Under the pieces are notes generated by a model that had not been told where the DNA came from, made no database searches, and worked only from the letters and a program-made list of their open reading frames with translations. Shown here in pieces: positions 61,856 to 64,000 of a stretch of DNA of 64,000 bases (positions within the stretch are counted from its first letter, which is position 1; every line of letters starts with the position of its first letter). The stretch lies in NCBI GenBank assembly GCA_963799845.1, contig CAWCYI010000006.1:1664001-1728000 (forward strand). Direction: 5' to 3'. Both the position numbers and the translations under genes were made by a program. Source of the DNA: an uncultured Nitrososphaerota archaeon. GTDB lineage: Archaea; Thermoproteota; Nitrososphaeria; Nitrososphaerales; CADDZS01.

Positions 61856-62761
61856 GTGGGCGCACAGAAAACAAGTTTTCTGCTCGATGTTAGAGAATCC
61901 ATTCCTGTAGAACTCATCAGTATTTCTCCCCGAGTCCTTAGGATGTCGTTGGGAGACCTTACGGAACTTGCTTCCTCAATCCAACAGATTGGGCTTATTC
62001 AGCCAATACTAATCCGCCCTTCGAACGACGATATGTATCAACTAGTTGCCGGAAATCGGAGGCTGGCGGCCTGCAAGCTCCTTAGATTATCGACTGTTCC
62101 TTGTATCATTCGTTCTTTGAGCGATAAAGAAGCATTTGAGATTAGTCTAGTTGAAAACATTCAAAGGCATACGCTCAACCCAATTGAAGAGGCTGGAGCG
62201 TTCCGAAAATATGTTCAGGAGTATGGCTATGGAGGAATTTCCGAGCTTGCAAAGAGAATTGGTAAGAGCCAAGAATACGTTTCTCAGAGAATTCTACTTC
62301 TTGAACTCCCTGAAGAAATTTTGTCGAAAGTTATTTCACGTGAACTATCTGCGAGTAGCGCAAGAGAGCTTGTATGGCTCAAGAGTGAGTCGAAACAATT
62401 GGAGATGGTAACAGAGATCGGTGATCGGTCCATTCCTGTAAAGAAGATACATGAGGCAGTAATGGTAGCTAAACGTGGTATCTCTGTGAAAAGAGCAATC
62501 GAAACTGTTCTCAATGAAAACTCTGAGCCAGAGTTTCTGATAAACAACTTCTCTGACAAGCAAGATGAGTACACCAAGGCAATCGACAAGCTGATCGTAA
62601 TACTGCGAGTTGCAATGCTTCGGGTTGACTCGATGGTCGAGACCTCTGCTTCGGCTGAAACACGAAAAATGCTGATAGGAAAGAGATATGCGATACATCA
62701 ATTGATTGATGATTCAATTAGAGAAAGAATCTCGTCGATCCGCGAAACGAAGTTAAAATGA
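61856..62761 (+). CDS. parB: ParB/RepB/Spo0J family protein
   Basis: GLIQPILIRP, LVAGNRRLAA (CTP-binding), ENIQRHTLNPIEEA, HTH LAKRIGKSQEYVS. Confidence 0.88.
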   Translation: MGAQKTSFLLDVRESIPVELISISPRVLRMSLGDLTELASSIQQIGLIQPILIRPSNDDMYQLVAGNRRLAACKLLRLSTVPCIIRSLSDKEAFEISLVENIQRHTLNPIEEAGAFRKYVQEYGYGGISELAKRIGKSQEYVSQRILLLELPEEILSKVISRELSASSARELVWLKSESKQLEMVTEIGDRSIPVKKIHEAVMVAKRGISVKRAIETVLNENSEPEFLINNFSDKQDEYTKAIDKLIVILRVAMLRVDSMVETSASAETRKMLIGKRYAIHQLIDDSIRERISSIRETKLK

Positions 62762-62803
62762 CGACGTCAAGCCTGTAACGCAAGAAGAGTTTCGTGAGCA
62801 ATA

Positions 62804-63591
62804 CTATTTGCTAGGGGAGGTATACCTACCGTCAGAATCTATCGTTCTTAGCAAACGAAGCTCCACATCAGTGGGAGGAGAATTAACAGGCATCTTACCT
62901 CTTCCTTCTTGCGCTTGAATTTCGAATCCAGTGTTGGCTTGCACCTCTTCAAAAGAAACACCTGGGTTCAGTGATTGCACCTCCATGCGTCTGGTCGAAG
63001 GGTTGAATCCCATAACACACAGATGAGTGATTATCTTGTGAACCGATCCGAAAATGAGGCCAAGCTTTCCCTTGATGTTCCACCGGTAAGATACCCAGGA
63101 CTAGTAACAAAGTCAACCTTCTCAACAAACCTCCGTTTTTCATGGTGCGTTGCAACAATGGTCTTTGTGCAACAAGAAATGATGTCGTTGCCACCCCCAC
63201 TTCCAGGAAGTCTGACCTTTGGCTTTTCCTTTGGTCCAATAATTGAAGTATTGATGTTTCCGTACTTGTCGATCTGGGCACCCCCGAGAAAACCATAATC
63301 AACGTAGCCTCTCTGTTGAAGATAGAATAGTTCGAGTGGAGAGAGTATTGCGAGCGCTCTATTCGCAGCGCGCGCCTCATTGGTCGATGGCGGCAACCTT
63401 CCAATCTGGATGTCGGGAGCAATCACCCCGCCCTCAAATAATATTGTAAGGTTAGGAGCATGCGACTTCTGAGCCAAGACGGCTGAGACAAGTGGCATTC
63501 CCGCCCCAACAAAGACCACCTTGTTATCTTCCAGCGCCCTAGCGCTTATGACCGCGACTAATTCAGCGGTATTGTATGGTTGAGAGCTCAA
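62804..63591 (-). CDS. Family I CoA-transferase beta subunit (GctB-like), frameshift near 63045
   Basis: VFVGAGMP, FEGG, GFLGGAQIDKYGNIN, LPGSGG, FVEKVDFVTSPG, LNPGV. Confidence 0.88.
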
Positions 63592-63601
63592 TTTTCCTTT
63601 T

Positions 63602-64000
63602 CTACCTCACTCCTTTGTTTGGCGTAATTCCAAGTGACTCTAGGTATCCTTCGTGAGAGCCTGGCTGAACGATGTATTTGTCGATGTATTCCTTCACGGC
63701 ATCGACGCCTCTTGCGTCGACAGATTTTACATAATTGTCGATGTGTTCGAAATCCGGATCATACAAACCCATGCATTCGCCAGGAGAACTTCCATAAGGT
63801 GCTTCCACGACCGCGTCTACACAAAAGAAAGGGACCGCTGTTTGCGTGGGGCTACTTCTAAAAACATCAGAATCTACAATTTCTTCAGCTGTGACTATGA
63901 CTCTACCAGCTGATGCGGCTATTTCGTGATCTATGAATGGAAGGCCATCAATCTGAGCATTTCCAAAGCAGTCAGCTCGTTGCACATGAATAACCGCTAC
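63602..64000 (-). CDS. Family I CoA-transferase alpha subunit (GctA-like), 5' end outside window
   Basis: IHVQRAD.FGNAQI, VIVTAEEIV, VDAVVEAPYGSSP. Confidence 0.85.
   Translation of the reverse strand, partial: VAVIHVQRADCFGNAQIDGLPFIDHEIAASAGRVIVTAEEIVDSDVFRSSPTQTAVPFFCVDAVVEAPYGSSPGECMGLYDPDFEHIDNYVKSVDARGVDAVKEYIDKYIVQPGSHEGYLESLGITPNKGVR

Noticed and set aside
1-64000. Alternative genetic code explaining split genes
   Set aside because: Nearly all breaks change frame, and TAA, TAG and TGA all terminate well-conserved genes at expected positions.

Overview
Gene-dense window from an archaeal chromosome. The gene set (DUF1512, DUF3227-like, TrmB, F420-type LLM/PPOX enzymes, archaeal dUTPase, TATA boxes about 25-35 nt before starts, frequent TTG starts) points, by inference, to a heterotrophic non-ammonia-oxidising Nitrososphaerota/TACK-type archaeon, possibly acid-adapted (secreted G1 glutamic peptidase). 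It contains housekeeping and stress genes (dps, peroxiredoxin, nadE, glmS, htrA, hsp20, ABC1 kinase, PiT/DUF47), a vapBC pair, and three insertion sequences (IS481-, ISH3-, IS1182-like) with readable TIRs and target duplications, two of which interrupt genes. Candidate new biology: (i) an IolB + DegT aminotransferase + two IolE-like cluster suggesting aminocyclitol catabolism; (ii) a roughly 12 kb catabolic block with two PTER-like hydrolases, a ThDP enzyme, cupin, Zn-ADH, an orphan solute-binding protein, TrmB, an orphan ParB and a CoA-transferase; (iii) a stand-alone Lon substrate-binding domain fused to a C2H2-like motif; (iv) 5-oxoprolinase-like genes next to pyroglutamyl peptidase. About 15 genes carry small frameshifts, probably long-read indel errors. 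I saw no tRNA, rRNA or CRISPR array. All family calls come from motif recognition by eye, not from database searches.
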